From: Polyangiales bacterium
Lineage (GTDB): Bacteria > Myxococcota_A > Polyangia > Polyangiales > JADJQN01
Assembly: GCA_964202905.1 (NCBI GenBank)
Contig: CAXNJO010000001.1
Location: 640,001 to 704,000, forward strand
Reading direction: 5' to 3'
DNA length: 64,000 bases
In this document: in pieces, positions 30,160-40,500 of the stretch
Layout: every line of letters starts with the position of its first letter
Numbering within the stretch: position 1 is the stretch's first letter
Made by a program: the position numbers and the translations under genes
Notes under the pieces: model-generated
What the model was told of the DNA's origin: nothing
Database searches by the model: none
The model's input: only the letters and a program-made list of their open reading frames with translations

Positions 30160-31592
30160 GCGTCGCCCAGCGACCGCGCGCGACCCTGCTCGAGCCGCGC
30201 GACGGTGCGCGCCTCGCCGAGCACCTCCATCAGCTCGTAGAGCCCGGGGCTCTGCGTGCGCCCGGTGAGCGCGACGCGCGCGGCCTGCGCGACGTCCTTG
30301 ATTTGCAGGCTCTCCGCGGCGAGCCACGCGCCGACCTTCGCCTCGAGCGTCGTGCGATCGAAGGGCGCCGTGCCGCTGACGACCTGCGCCAGCGCCCCGA
30401 GGCGGGGCGCGCTCGCGGGCACGAGGAACTTCTCCTTCGCCTTCGCGTCGAGTTCGGGCACGTCGCGGAAGAAGAAGTCGACCATGTCCGCGACGTCGGC
30501 GAGCGTCTGCGCGCGCGTCTTCACGGTGGCGATCGCCGCGGGCAGACGTGGGTCGTCGGCCGCGACCTCGAGCCCGCGCTTCGCGAGGAAGGGCAGGGCG
30601 AGCCGCGCGAGCGTCACGTCGTCGTGCGCGCGCAGGTGCTCGGCCTCGACGTAGAGGAACTTCTTCGCGTCGTATTTGCCGGGCGTGTGCCCGCAGCGCG
30701 CCCAGTCGAAATGCGCGATCAACTCCGCGCGCGAGAAGATCTCCTGATCGCCGTGCGACCAGCCGAGCCGCGCGAGGTAGTTGAGGACCGCGTCGGGCAG
30801 GTAGCCCGCGTCCGCGTACTCGAGGACGCTCACCGACGCGTGCCGCTTGCTCAGCTTCTCGCCGTTCGGCGCCAGGATCATCGGCAGGTGGGCGAAGGAC
30901 GGCACCGCGTCGCCGAGCGCCTGATAGATCAGGATCTGCGGCGGCGTGTTGACGACGTGGTCGTCGCCGCGCGCGACGAGGTTGATGCGCATCGTGACGT
31001 CGTCGACCACCGCCCCGAAGTTGTAGAGCGGCACGCCGTCGCTGCGGAGCAGGATGAAGTCCTGCTGCGCGTCGTTCGGCACGTCGATGCGCCCCTTGAC
31101 CAGATCGACCCAGCCGGTGCTGCCCGACGTCGGCGCGCGGAAGCGCACGACGAAGGGGGCGTCGGGCTGGTCGGTGCGCTTGCGGCAGGTGCCCGGGTAG
31201 CGGAAGGCCTGCCGCGTGCCCGACGCCTCGTGCGCGGCGCGCGCGGCGGCGAGGTCCTCCTTCGTGCAGTAGCAGCGGTAGGCGTGCCCCGCGCGGATGA
31301 GGCGCTCGGCGTGCTCGCGGTAGATCGCGAGGCGCTCCGTCTGGAAATACGGCCCATCCGGGCCGCCCACGAGCGGGCCCTCGTCCCAGTCGAGCCCGAG
31401 CCAGCGCATCGAGTCGAAGATCGCCTGCACGCTCTCCGCCGTGTTGCGCGCGAGGTCGGTGTCCTCGATGCGGAGGATGAACTTGCCCCCGACCTTCCGC
31501 GCCCAGAGCCAGTTGAAGAGCGCGGTGCGGGCACCGCCGATGTGCAGATAACCCGTCGGCGACGGGGCGAAACGGACGCGGACGTCGGACAT
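30156..31592 (-). CDS. gltX: Glutamate--tRNA ligase
   Basis: RFAPSPTGYLHIGG (HIGH), LRIEDTD, KLSKRH (KMSKS). Confidence 0.97.
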   Translation of the reverse strand: MSDVRVRFAPSPTGYLHIGGARTALFNWLWARKVGGKFILRIEDTDLARNTAESVQAIFDSMRWLGLDWDEGPLVGGPDGPYFQTERLAIYREHAERLIRAGHAYRCYCTKEDLAAARAAHEASGTRQAFRYPGTCRKRTDQPDAPFVVRFRAPTSGSTGWVDLVKGRIDVPNDAQQDFILLRSDGVPLYNFGAVVDDVTMRINLVARGDDHVVNTPPQILIYQALGDAVPSFAHLPMILAPNGEKLSKRHASVSVLEYADAGYLPDAVLNYLARLGWSHGDQEIFSRAELIAHFDWARCGHTPGKYDAKKFLYVEAEHLRAHDDVTLARLALPFLAKRGLEVAADDPRLPAAIATVKTRAQTLADVADMVDFFFRDVPELDAKAKEKFLVPASAPRLGALAQVVSGTAPFDRTTLEAKVGAWLAAESLQIKDVAQAARVALTGRTQSPGLYELMEVLGEARTVARLEQGRARSLGDA

Positions 31593-31699
31593 GGGAGCGC
31601 GACTATACGGAGGAATCGTCGCGTCGCCACACGCGCGCGCGGGCATCGATGAGCGGTTGACCTGCCGATCCCCTCCGATACCCTGCGCGCACCCGAAGT

Positions 31700-33178
31700 A
31701 TGGCGCCCCGCAGAATCTCCGCTTCCATCGTCGGTCTCACGGTCACCTCCCTCGCGCAGGGCTGCGCCGTCGGCAGCGGCGCCGCGCCGCAGGCGCGCCT
31801 CGTCGAAGAGTTGAACCGCGGTCAACGGAGCCGCACCGCGCGCCTCGAGTTCGTCGAGGAGGTCCCCTTCGGCGGCGCGCTCGTCGTCTCGCGCTACCGC
31901 CTCGGCAACGGCCTCACGGTGCTGCTGCTCGTCGACCGGTCCGCGCCCGTCGTCAGCTACCAGACCTGGTTCAAGGTCGGATCTCGCCACGAAACACCTG
32001 GTAAAACGGGCCTCGCCCACCTCTTCGAGCACCTGATGTTCAACGAGACGGAGCACCTCGCCGCGGGCGAGTTCGACCGTCTCCTCGAATCCGCGGGCGG
32101 CGAGACCAACGCCGCGACCTGGGTCGACTGGACCTACTACTACGAGAACGTCCCGAAGGACTCGCTCCCGCTCGTCGTACGCCTCGAGGCCGACCGCATG
32201 GCGCACCTCGTGCTCCGCGATCCGCAGGTCTCGAGCGAGAAGGACGTCGTCACCAACGAGCGCGCCCTGCGCGTCGACGACGACATCGAGGGCTCCGCGA
32301 ACGAGGCGCTCTACGCGCGCGCCTTCCGCGTGCACCCCTATCACTGGCCGACGATCGGCTGGCGAGACGACATCGCGGGCTTCACCACCGCCGACTGCCG
32401 CGCCTTCTATCGGACGTACTACGCGCCGAACAACGCGACGATCGTCGTCGCCGGCGACGTCGACGAGGCCGCCGCGCTCCGCCTCGTCCGCGAGCACTAC
32501 GGCACCCTCCGCGCCGCGCGCATCCCCGAGGAGTCGCACGTCACGGAGCCCGCGCAGCGCGCCGAGCGCCGCGTCACCCTGCGCCGCCCGACCCCGACGG
32601 AGAAGCTCCAGCTCGGTTACCGCGCGCCGGCCTTCGCGGACTACGACCACGCGGTGCTCTCGGTGCTCAACGAGATCCTCCTCGGCGGCCGGTCTTCTCG
32701 GCTCTTCCGCAAGCTCGTGAGCGACGGCGAGGTCGCGGCCGAGGCGCGCGGCGCGGTCGCGCCCTTCCGCGACGCAGGGCTCTACGAGCTCTGGGTCTCG
32801 ATGCGCGAGGAACACGCCGCGTCCGAGGCCCTCGCGCTCATCGACGCCGCGCTCGCGCGCCTGCGCGAGGAGCCCGTCTCCACGGCCGAGCTCGACAAAG
32901 CGAAGAACCGCCTCGAACTGGGCTTTCTGCAAGGCATGGAGACCGCGAGCGGCAAGGCCGAGCAACTCGGCTTCTACGAGACGGTCCTCGGCGATCCGGG
33001 GCGCGTCTTCGGCCGTCTCGAAGAATACCGGCGCGTCACCGCCGCCGACGTGCAGCGCGTCGCGCGTCACGTCCTCGACGTGCGTCGGCGCACCACGGTG
33101 TTCGTGCTGCCGGATGGCACCGCGTCCGATCCCGACGCCGCCGACACCGACGCCCCCGACGACGAAGGAGCGCCGTAG
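31700..33178 (+). CDS. M16 zinc peptidase, catalytic subunit
   Basis: GLAHLFEHLMF (HxxEH), NAAT, YYAPNNA. Confidence 0.93.
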   Translation: MAPRRISASIVGLTVTSLAQGCAVGSGAAPQARLVEELNRGQRSRTARLEFVEEVPFGGALVVSRYRLGNGLTVLLLVDRSAPVVSYQTWFKVGSRHETPGKTGLAHLFEHLMFNETEHLAAGEFDRLLESAGGETNAATWVDWTYYYENVPKDSLPLVVRLEADRMAHLVLRDPQVSSEKDVVTNERALRVDDDIEGSANEALYARAFRVHPYHWPTIGWRDDIAGFTTADCRAFYRTYYAPNNATIVVAGDVDEAAALRLVREHYGTLRAARIPEESHVTEPAQRAERRVTLRRPTPTEKLQLGYRAPAFADYDHAVLSVLNEILLGGRSSRLFRKLVSDGEVAAEARGAVAPFRDAGLYELWVSMREEHAASEALALIDAALARLREEPVSTAELDKAKNRLELGFLQGMETASGKAEQLGFYETVLGDPGRVFGRLEEYRRVTAADVQRVARHVLDVRRRTTVFVLPDGTASDPDAADTDAPDDEGAP

Positions 33179-33183
33179 ATCCC

Positions 33184-34608
33184 TTGGCCAGACGCACCAT
33201 CCGCAAGCTCGGTCAGAAGCTCGCCACCACGATCGGCGCCGCAGCCGCTGGCGCCTCCGCCGTCGCGCTCGTCGGTGCGAGCGCCGTGCTCGCCGACGTG
33301 CCGCGACGCGCTCGCTTCGCCATGGAGAACGGCGCCGTCGTCCTCGTCGAAGAGAGCCACCAGCTCCCGATGGTCGACTTCCAGTTCACGCTGCGCACGG
33401 GCAGCGCGCACGATCCGGCCGCGCGCGAGGGCGTCGCGCGCATGACCGCGCGCATGATCCGCATGGGCACGCGCCGCCTCCGCGCCGCGCAGGTCGAAGA
33501 GCGCATCGACGCGCTCGGCGGCACGCTCGGCATCGAGACGGCGCCCAGCTACACGCGCTTCAGCGGCTCGGTCATCAAGCGCAACGTCGGCCCCTTCCTC
33601 GCGCTGATCGGGCAGCTCCTCGCGGAGCCGGCCTTCCGCGCGGCCGACCTCGCGCAGGTGCAGCGCGAGACGCTCGCCGATCTCGTCGAGCTGCGCGACA
33701 ACGACCGCGGCCTCGCGTCGCGCGAGTTCCGTCGCGCCGTGTTCGGCGCGCATCCCTACGGACGCGCCCCGCTCGGCACCGCGGCGTCCGTCGCCGCGCT
33801 CGATCGCGCCTCGGTGCTCGCGCACTACGAGACGCACTACGTCTCCCAGAACGTCGTGCTCGGTTTTGCAGGCGACCTCGACGCGGACGAGGCGCGCGCG
33901 CTGGTGCGGGCGCACTTCGGCCGCCTGCGCACCGGCGCCGCCCCGTCTGCCGCGCTCCCAGCGCCGCGCATGGCGCGCGGCCGCCGCGTCGTGCTCGTCG
34001 ACAAGCCCGGCCGCACGCAGACGCAGGTCTTCATCGGCGGTCTCGGCACGCGCCCGCGCGACGCCGATCACTTCCCGCTCGTCGTCGCCAACACGGTCTT
34101 CGGCGGCACGTTCACCGCGCGCCTCATGCGCGAAATCCGCAGCGTCCGCGGCTGGAGCTACGGCGCCTCGAGCCGCCTCGTCGTCGATCGCCAGCGCGAC
34201 GCGTGGGTCATGTACACGTTCCCCGCCGCGGCGGACGCGGTGAACTGCGTGCGCCTCGAGCTCGAACTGTTCGAGACCCTCCTCCGTGATGGCATCACCA
34301 GCGAAGAGCTCCGCTTCGCGCAGGACTACCTCGCGAACAGCTATGCGTTCGAGGTCGACACCGCCAGCAAGCGCCTCGACCAACGCATCGACGTCGATCT
34401 GCTCGACCTGCCGCGCGACTACTTCGATCGCCACGTCGAGCGCGTGCGCGCGGTGACGCTCGCGGAGGCCAACGCGGCGCTCCGCGCGCGCCTCTCGAGC
34501 GAGGACCTCGCCATCGTGATGGTCGCGACCGCGAGCGAGGTCCGCGAAGGGCTCGCCGCGCTCGACGGCGTGAGCCGCGTCGACGTCGTGCCCTTCGACC
34601 GCGAGTAG
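33184..34608 (+). CDS. M16 peptidase, non-catalytic partner subunit
   Basis: M16 fold without HxxEH; FGGTFTARLMREIRSVRGWSYG (R/Y pair). Confidence 0.88.
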   Translation: MARRTIRKLGQKLATTIGAAAAGASAVALVGASAVLADVPRRARFAMENGAVVLVEESHQLPMVDFQFTLRTGSAHDPAAREGVARMTARMIRMGTRRLRAAQVEERIDALGGTLGIETAPSYTRFSGSVIKRNVGPFLALIGQLLAEPAFRAADLAQVQRETLADLVELRDNDRGLASREFRRAVFGAHPYGRAPLGTAASVAALDRASVLAHYETHYVSQNVVLGFAGDLDADEARALVRAHFGRLRTGAAPSAALPAPRMARGRRVVLVDKPGRTQTQVFIGGLGTRPRDADHFPLVVANTVFGGTFTARLMREIRSVRGWSYGASSRLVVDRQRDAWVMYTFPAAADAVNCVRLELELFETLLRDGITSEELRFAQDYLANSYAFEVDTASKRLDQRIDVDLLDLPRDYFDRHVERVRAVTLAEANAALRARLSSEDLAIVMVATASEVREGLAALDGVSRVDVVPFDRE

Positions 34609-34639
34609 CCCCGCGCCCTTCGCCGCGCGCGGGGACGCC

Positions 34640-35470
34640 CTACTTTGCGGGCAGGAAGAAGTCTTCGATCAGCTCCGCGCCCGGCACGACGCTGTACTTC
34701 GCGAAGTCCGTCACGCCGCGCTCCCGGAGGAAGTCCTCGTCGATGAGGAAGCGTCCCGTCAGCTCGCGGCTCGGCGTCGTGAGGGCCTCGTAGGCCGCGT
34801 CGCCCATGATCTCCGGCGTGCGCGCGCCGCGGATCGTCGAGTCACCGCCGAGCAGGTTCTGCACGGCCGCCGTCGCGATCACCGTGCGCGGCCAGAGCGC
34901 ATTCACGGCGACGCCCCTGGCGCGGAACTCCCCCGCCATGCCGAGCACGCACAGGCTCATGCCGAACTTCGCCATCGTGTAGGCGACGTGCGGCGCGAAC
35001 CAGCGCTCCTCCATCGCGAGCGGCGGCGAGAGGTTGAGGATGTGCGGGTTGTCCGACTTCAGTAGGTGCGGGAGGCACGCCTGCGAGGTGAGGAAGGTGC
35101 CGCGCGCGTTGATGCCGTGCATCAGGTCGTAGCGCTTCATCGGCGTGTCGAGCGTGCCGCTCAGATTGATGGCGCTCGCGTTGTTCACGCAGACGTCGAT
35201 GCCGCCGAAGGTCTCGACCGCCTTCGCGACGGCGCCATACACCTGATCGTCGAAGCGGATGTCGCAGAGCAGCGGCAGCGCGCGGCCACCCGCCTCCTCG
35301 ATCTCCTTGGCCGCCGTGTAGATCGTGCCGGGCAACTTCGGGTGCGGCTCGGCGGTCTTCGCGGCGATGACGACGTTCGCCCCGTCCCGCGCCGCGCGCT
35401 TGGCGATCGCGAGCCCGATGCCCCGGCTCGCACCGGTGATGAACAGCGTCTTTCCCTGCAAACTCGGCAT
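34640..35470 (-). CDS. SDR family NAD(P)-dependent oxidoreductase (HSDL2-like)
   Basis: TGASRGIG, NNASAI, YTMAK, NALWPRT; GGAGG RBS. Confidence 0.92.
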   Translation of the reverse strand: MPSLQGKTLFITGASRGIGLAIAKRAARDGANVVIAAKTAEPHPKLPGTIYTAAKEIEEAGGRALPLLCDIRFDDQVYGAVAKAVETFGGIDVCVNNASAINLSGTLDTPMKRYDLMHGINARGTFLTSQACLPHLLKSDNPHILNLSPPLAMEERWFAPHVAYTMAKFGMSLCVLGMAGEFRARGVAVNALWPRTVIATAAVQNLLGGDSTIRGARTPEIMGDAAYEALTTPSRELTGRFLIDEDFLRERGVTDFAKYSVVPGAELIEDFFLPAK

Positions 35471-35860
35471 GTCGAAACCTCCGGGGCAGCACCTTACACA
35501 CATGCCCTGCGCGAACGGGACGGATTTCGCGATCCGCGCGTCGCGGTCAGCGCGCTGCCGCGGGCCTGCCGCGTCACCGCGCCCCGAGTCGACCCAGCCG
35601 CCGCTCACTCGTCCCCAACCTCGCCGCACGCGCTTCCGGTCCGGTTCACGCGTGGCCCGTCGACGCCCATCCGATGCCCGGCCGTTACATTCGTGACAGT
35701 GGCAAGCCCCCGCAGCCCCCGATCCACGGGGAATATGCCGTTTGCCCCCGCGCGGCCCTGCACCACCCCTGTAACCGCGCCAACCTGTCACACCTGCTCC
35801 CCGGCCCGCCGGTGGGCTGATCACCCAGAATTTGGCCCGAACCCCAGCATGCGCGCAGCA

Positions 35861-35876
35861 TGGCGCGCGCCTTGCT
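35861..35876 (+). promoter_or_regulatory. Sigma54 -24/-12 promoter upstream of the barrel-metalloprotease operon
   Basis: TGGCGCG-CGCC-TTGCT (GG-N10-GC). Confidence 0.6.
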
Positions 35877-36158
35877 CACCGCTCGGCACCGGAGCGATCC
35901 CTCCACCCGCGCGCGCCGCGAAGCGAGCCGACATGCAAGTCGTTCCCAGCCCCCCCGCGCCGCGCCGAGGCGCCAGAATCCCATTCCCCCCGCGCCAAAA
36001 GGCGTTGACAAGCCCGTGACGTTCCGGCAACCCTCGCCAGCCCCCCTCTACGCTCCCGAGAACTCCGCGCGCGCGGTGGTTGTTCCCGGGTTCGTATCGG
36101 GTAGCGCAGGTCGCGGGGACGGCGCGCGTCGGCCCCCGCTCCGCACGGAGAGTGATTC

Positions 36159-37469
36159 GTGATGCCGTCCTCCTTCCGCTTTCTCCTCTGCGCAGCCCTG
36201 GCCTGCGCGGGCTTCCTCAGCCCGGGCTTCGCCGCTTCCCGCGCCCAGGCGCAGGACGCCGCGGACGCTGGCACCCCCGCCGCGCCCGAGGGTGACCAGG
36301 CCGCCACCGGCAGCGAAACCACGGAACCGAGCGTCGAAGCGCCGACGGCGACCGCGGTCGCAGCCCCGGCCACGACGACGGCCGCGCCGCCCGCCGAGGA
36401 AGCTGCGGCCCCCGACGACCCGGCCGCAGAAGAGGCCGCCCCCGCCGAAGAGGCGCCCCCCGCGCCGCCCAAGCGCTTCTGGCGGAACTCGCTGTTCCTC
36501 TTCACCCCGTCGGTCACGACGCACTCCTTCTCCGGCGACGCGCAGCTGACCTACAACCCGACGGTCTCGCTGAATTTCCGCCTCGTCCCGCGCTTCTACC
36601 TGACCGACACGCTGTTCCTCCGCGTTCGTCAGGACCTGAACGTCGAAGTCACGAACTCCGATTTCGACACGTACGCCCGCCAGCCCCTCCTGTCCGACAC
36701 CTTCATCGACCTGATGCGGCCGGCCCTCGTCAACGCGGGGGGCTTCGTGCTCACCGCCGGCCTCCGCGTCTCGCTCCCGGTCTCGATCGCGAGCCGCTAC
36801 AACAACCTCGTCCTCGGGACGGGCTTCCTCGCGAACGCCTCCTACCAGATCCCGAACGAGTCGTTGCACCTCAGCGTGCTGTTCGACCTGAGCTACACGC
36901 ACAACTGGCAGTCGACGAACACGCCGACGTTCTTCAACGACGCGAACAGCCGCGGCGACGGCGCGGCGACGATCTGCCCGGGCGGCGCGAACGGCTGCGC
37001 GGCCGGCGGTTTCACCAACGTGAGCGACGCCCTCCTCTTCGGCCCCACGCTGCTCTGGGTGCCCGACGGCGAGAAGCTCAACATCAGCGCGACCTACTAC
37101 TGGGCACCCCGGCTCGGGCTCCCGCTCGGGACGCAGTCGGTCGACACGGCGACGGGCAGCGTCGCGCTCACCGACTCGGCGACGCACTGGCGCGTGCTCC
37201 AGTACTTCGGCGTCTCGGTCGCGTACGACGTCCTCCCCTGGCTCAACCTCTCGGCCACGTACGGCACCTTCACCACCCAGCTCAGCTTCAACGGCAAGCT
37301 GCGCAACCCCGTCTGGGGACCGGATACGACGCTCTCCATGACCGCGGTCGTGACCCTCGACCAGCTCTACGACATCGTCGCGGGCGAGTCGACAGACCTC
37401 ACGCCTGAGCAGCTGCGCCGCATCCGCAACGGTCAGGCCGCTGCGCCCTCCACCGGGCGGGCATTCTGA
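36159..37469 (+). CDS. Probable outer-membrane beta-barrel protein with an Ala/Pro/Glu-rich N-terminal linker
   Basis: Sec signal (AQA-Q); alternating amphipathic strands rich in aromatic residues; one Cys pair in a loop. Confidence 0.7.
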   Translation: MMPSSFRFLLCAALACAGFLSPGFAASRAQAQDAADAGTPAAPEGDQAATGSETTEPSVEAPTATAVAAPATTTAAPPAEEAAAPDDPAAEEAAPAEEAPPAPPKRFWRNSLFLFTPSVTTHSFSGDAQLTYNPTVSLNFRLVPRFYLTDTLFLRVRQDLNVEVTNSDFDTYARQPLLSDTFIDLMRPALVNAGGFVLTAGLRVSLPVSIASRYNNLVLGTGFLANASYQIPNESLHLSVLFDLSYTHNWQSTNTPTFFNDANSRGDGAATICPGGANGCAAGGFTNVSDALLFGPTLLWVPDGEKLNISATYYWAPRLGLPLGTQSVDTATGSVALTDSATHWRVLQYFGVSVAYDVLPWLNLSATYGTFTTQLSFNGKLRNPVWGPDTTLSMTAVVTLDQLYDIVAGESTDLTPEQLRRIRNGQAAAPSTGRAF

Positions 37470-37564
37470 TCATGACTCTTTCGCCCACGCTCTCTCGCAA
37501 AGCTCGCCTATTCGCACAAGGTCGCCAGGCGGTCGCGCCCCTGGCTCCCTCGGAGGCTCTCGGT

Positions 37565-40500
37565 ATGAAGCGTTATTCGCGGTGGTCCCCGGTCGTCGGA
37601 ATGTTCTCCGGCCTGCTCGTCCTCGGCTCGCTCCTCGGCGCGGGCGCCGCCGTGAGCGGTTGCGCGGAGGAAGACCCGATCAACCGGGTCCAGACGATGG
37701 CCGTCGACAAGGGGCTCTTCACGGGCTCCTGGTACATGACGCAGACCGTCGTCGACGTGGACTACGAAGTCGCCGCGGCGGGCACCTTCCCGGGTGACTC
37801 GGCCTCCGACTTCGGCGGTTCCTTCTCGGGCGTGCCCCGCATCCGCTGGGTCATCGACGAGAACTTCCTCTACGCGTACCGCGACTACGAGATGATCATC
37901 GGCGGCGACGGAGAGCCGCGCGAGCCGGGCAGCTTCCTCGGCCAGCCGGTCGCGGCCTACCGCATCAGCAGCCACTTCGACATCAAGCGTCAGTACAACA
38001 CCACCACCGGTGAGGAACTGAACGTCATCGAAGAGAACACCGCCGACCGTCGCTGGTACGAGCGCGACTTCATGCGCGTCGACTGGTCGATGAACATGCT
38101 GCCGGGCTACTACGGCACCACGCAGAATCTCTACGAGATCCTCGGCCTCTACAAGCGCGAGCCGGTGCCCCTCACCGTGCAGCAGCAGAGCGACTTCCCC
38201 GACTCGTGGCGTCCCCGCTTCGACCGGATGCAGTGTGCCAACGAGTCCGACGCCAACTGCAAGCCGTACGAGCGCGACCTCGCGACGGACTACAAGCAGG
38301 GCGAACTCTACCACATGAGCTTCGTCAACCAGGAGTTGCTCTCCCCCGGCAACGTGACCGACCCGTTCTCAGGCCAGCCGGTCAATTTCTGTCTCTCGCC
38401 CTACAACGATGCTCCGGGCTGCACCGCAACCGCCGCGTACGTGCGCACGTCGTTCCTCAAGGTCTCCGACACCCGTCAGTACGAGGCGACCAACTGGAAC
38501 GACAATCGTTGGAGCCGCGCCGGCTACTTCCGCCTCGAGTCGCCGACCTGGGACCGCTCGACGGGCAGCCCGGATGACCCGGCGTGGTTCGGCACCGATT
38601 TCCTCAACTACGCGATCAACCGCCACAACATCTGGAAGCAGTGGTGGACGGAGGACGCCTCCGGCAACCGCACGCCGGTCCCGTACGCCAACCGCGACGT
38701 CCGCCAGATCGTTTGGTACACGACGCCGGAGCTTCCCGCGCACCTCGTGAAGCCCTCGTTCGACCTCATCGGTCAGTGGAACGAGATCCTCATGGAGACG
38801 GTCCGCGCGATGAGGGGGAATCAACTCCCCGTCTACAATCGCCGCGACTGCCAGACGACGGATCCGGACGGCGAGTGCTTCTGCCAGGTCGATCCCGTCG
38901 ACGGGACGACCATCCTCAATCCGACGTGCGAGGGTCGCTACGACCCCTTCCAGACGCCGGGCGAAAACCAGGCGCGCATCGCCTCCGGCACCGCTTACGA
39001 CTGTCATGTCGTCGTCCCGGCAGGCGCCGAGCCCGACATGACGAATCCCGACGTCGCGCGTACCCTGAGCGACCGCAGCTTCTACGGCTGGTACGGCGCG
39101 CAGATGGTCGGCAGCGAGTGCGTCAACACGCTCCGCATGAACACCTGCGACCGCGCCAAGATCGACGCGAACGGCGGCACGGTCGACGGCCTCGAGTGCG
39201 AGGAGCGCGGCGATGCCCGCTTCAAGTTCCTCAGCTACGTCGACCAGCCTGGTACGCCATTCCTCGGCATCGCGACGCTCCGCGGCGACCCTGTCACCGG
39301 CGAGACGCGCTTCGGCGATGCGAACATCGGTGGCCCTGCCCTCGACGGCTTCCGTACCTACGCGCTCCAGACCTACGACCTCCTCAACGGCAATTACACC
39401 GACCAAGAGTTCTTCACCGGTGAGGACGTCCGCGGCTACTTCGATGCGCTCAACCAGGTGCAGCTCCCGGCGCCCCCGCGTATCGACTTCAACGTCGGCC
39501 TGCGGAACCTCGACGGCACCGACTCGCTTCCGGCGGCCGCCCAGGGCGTTCGTGAGCGCATGGACTTCATCATGGCGAACCGCGCCGACCGCCTCGCCGG
39601 CCCCGAAGGCCGCGCGAACACGTTCACGGACCGCATCGCCAACCTCCGCAACACGGAGACCGAGCGCCGCCTCACGGCAAACTGGGACACGATGGCCCTC
39701 GCCGGGATCCGGCAGGTGCCCGCCGGTTACGGCACGGGAAACATCCCCGAGGGCGTGCTCGACCGCGCCTCGCCCTTCCGCATGAACGCCCCTGAAATGC
39801 TCGCTCGTTTCGACGCCCTCGAGACGAAGGTCGCGCGAGCGAGCATGCACATGCCGAACGAGTACGTGGACAACTCGGTCGCGTACTTCGTCCAGAAGCA
39901 CCTCACCTGGCCCCGCGCTCGGCTCGAGTTCGAGCTGAACCGCCTGCTTTACCGGCAGACGCAGGTCCACGAGATGGGCCACTGCATGGGCCTTCGCCAC
40001 GACTTCGGTGGCTCGGCGGACACCAAGAACTACGCGAACGACTACTACGTGATCGACGAGGCCTACCCGCTCCCGGACCCGCGTGACGCTGCTTTCGAGC
40101 GCGATGGCGTCCCCGGTTTCAGCGCGGCTGAGCAGCTCGCCTACGAGGACGCCTACAAGCAGGCCCGCGAGCGCCGCGAGCTGGCCGGCATCGATGGCTG
40201 GGCGAACTCGTCGATCATGGACTACACGGCGAACTGGTATCAACGCGTGCAGCCCTCGGGTCGGTACGACCATCACGCCGTCCGCATGGGCTACGGCGAC
40301 GTCGTCGAGCTCGGCGACAACTCGGACGGTGAGCTCGCCGAAAACGCGAACCCCGTCAACACGCCCCGCACCTTCTTCCGCTGGTACCAGGGTGGGGAGA
40401 CCTGCACCGTCGACACCGACTGTCCGTACGCGGTCGGCGGACCGCGCGCTGGTGAGCTCCTCGAGTCGAACACCGTCAACAGCATCACCCAGCGCTGCGT

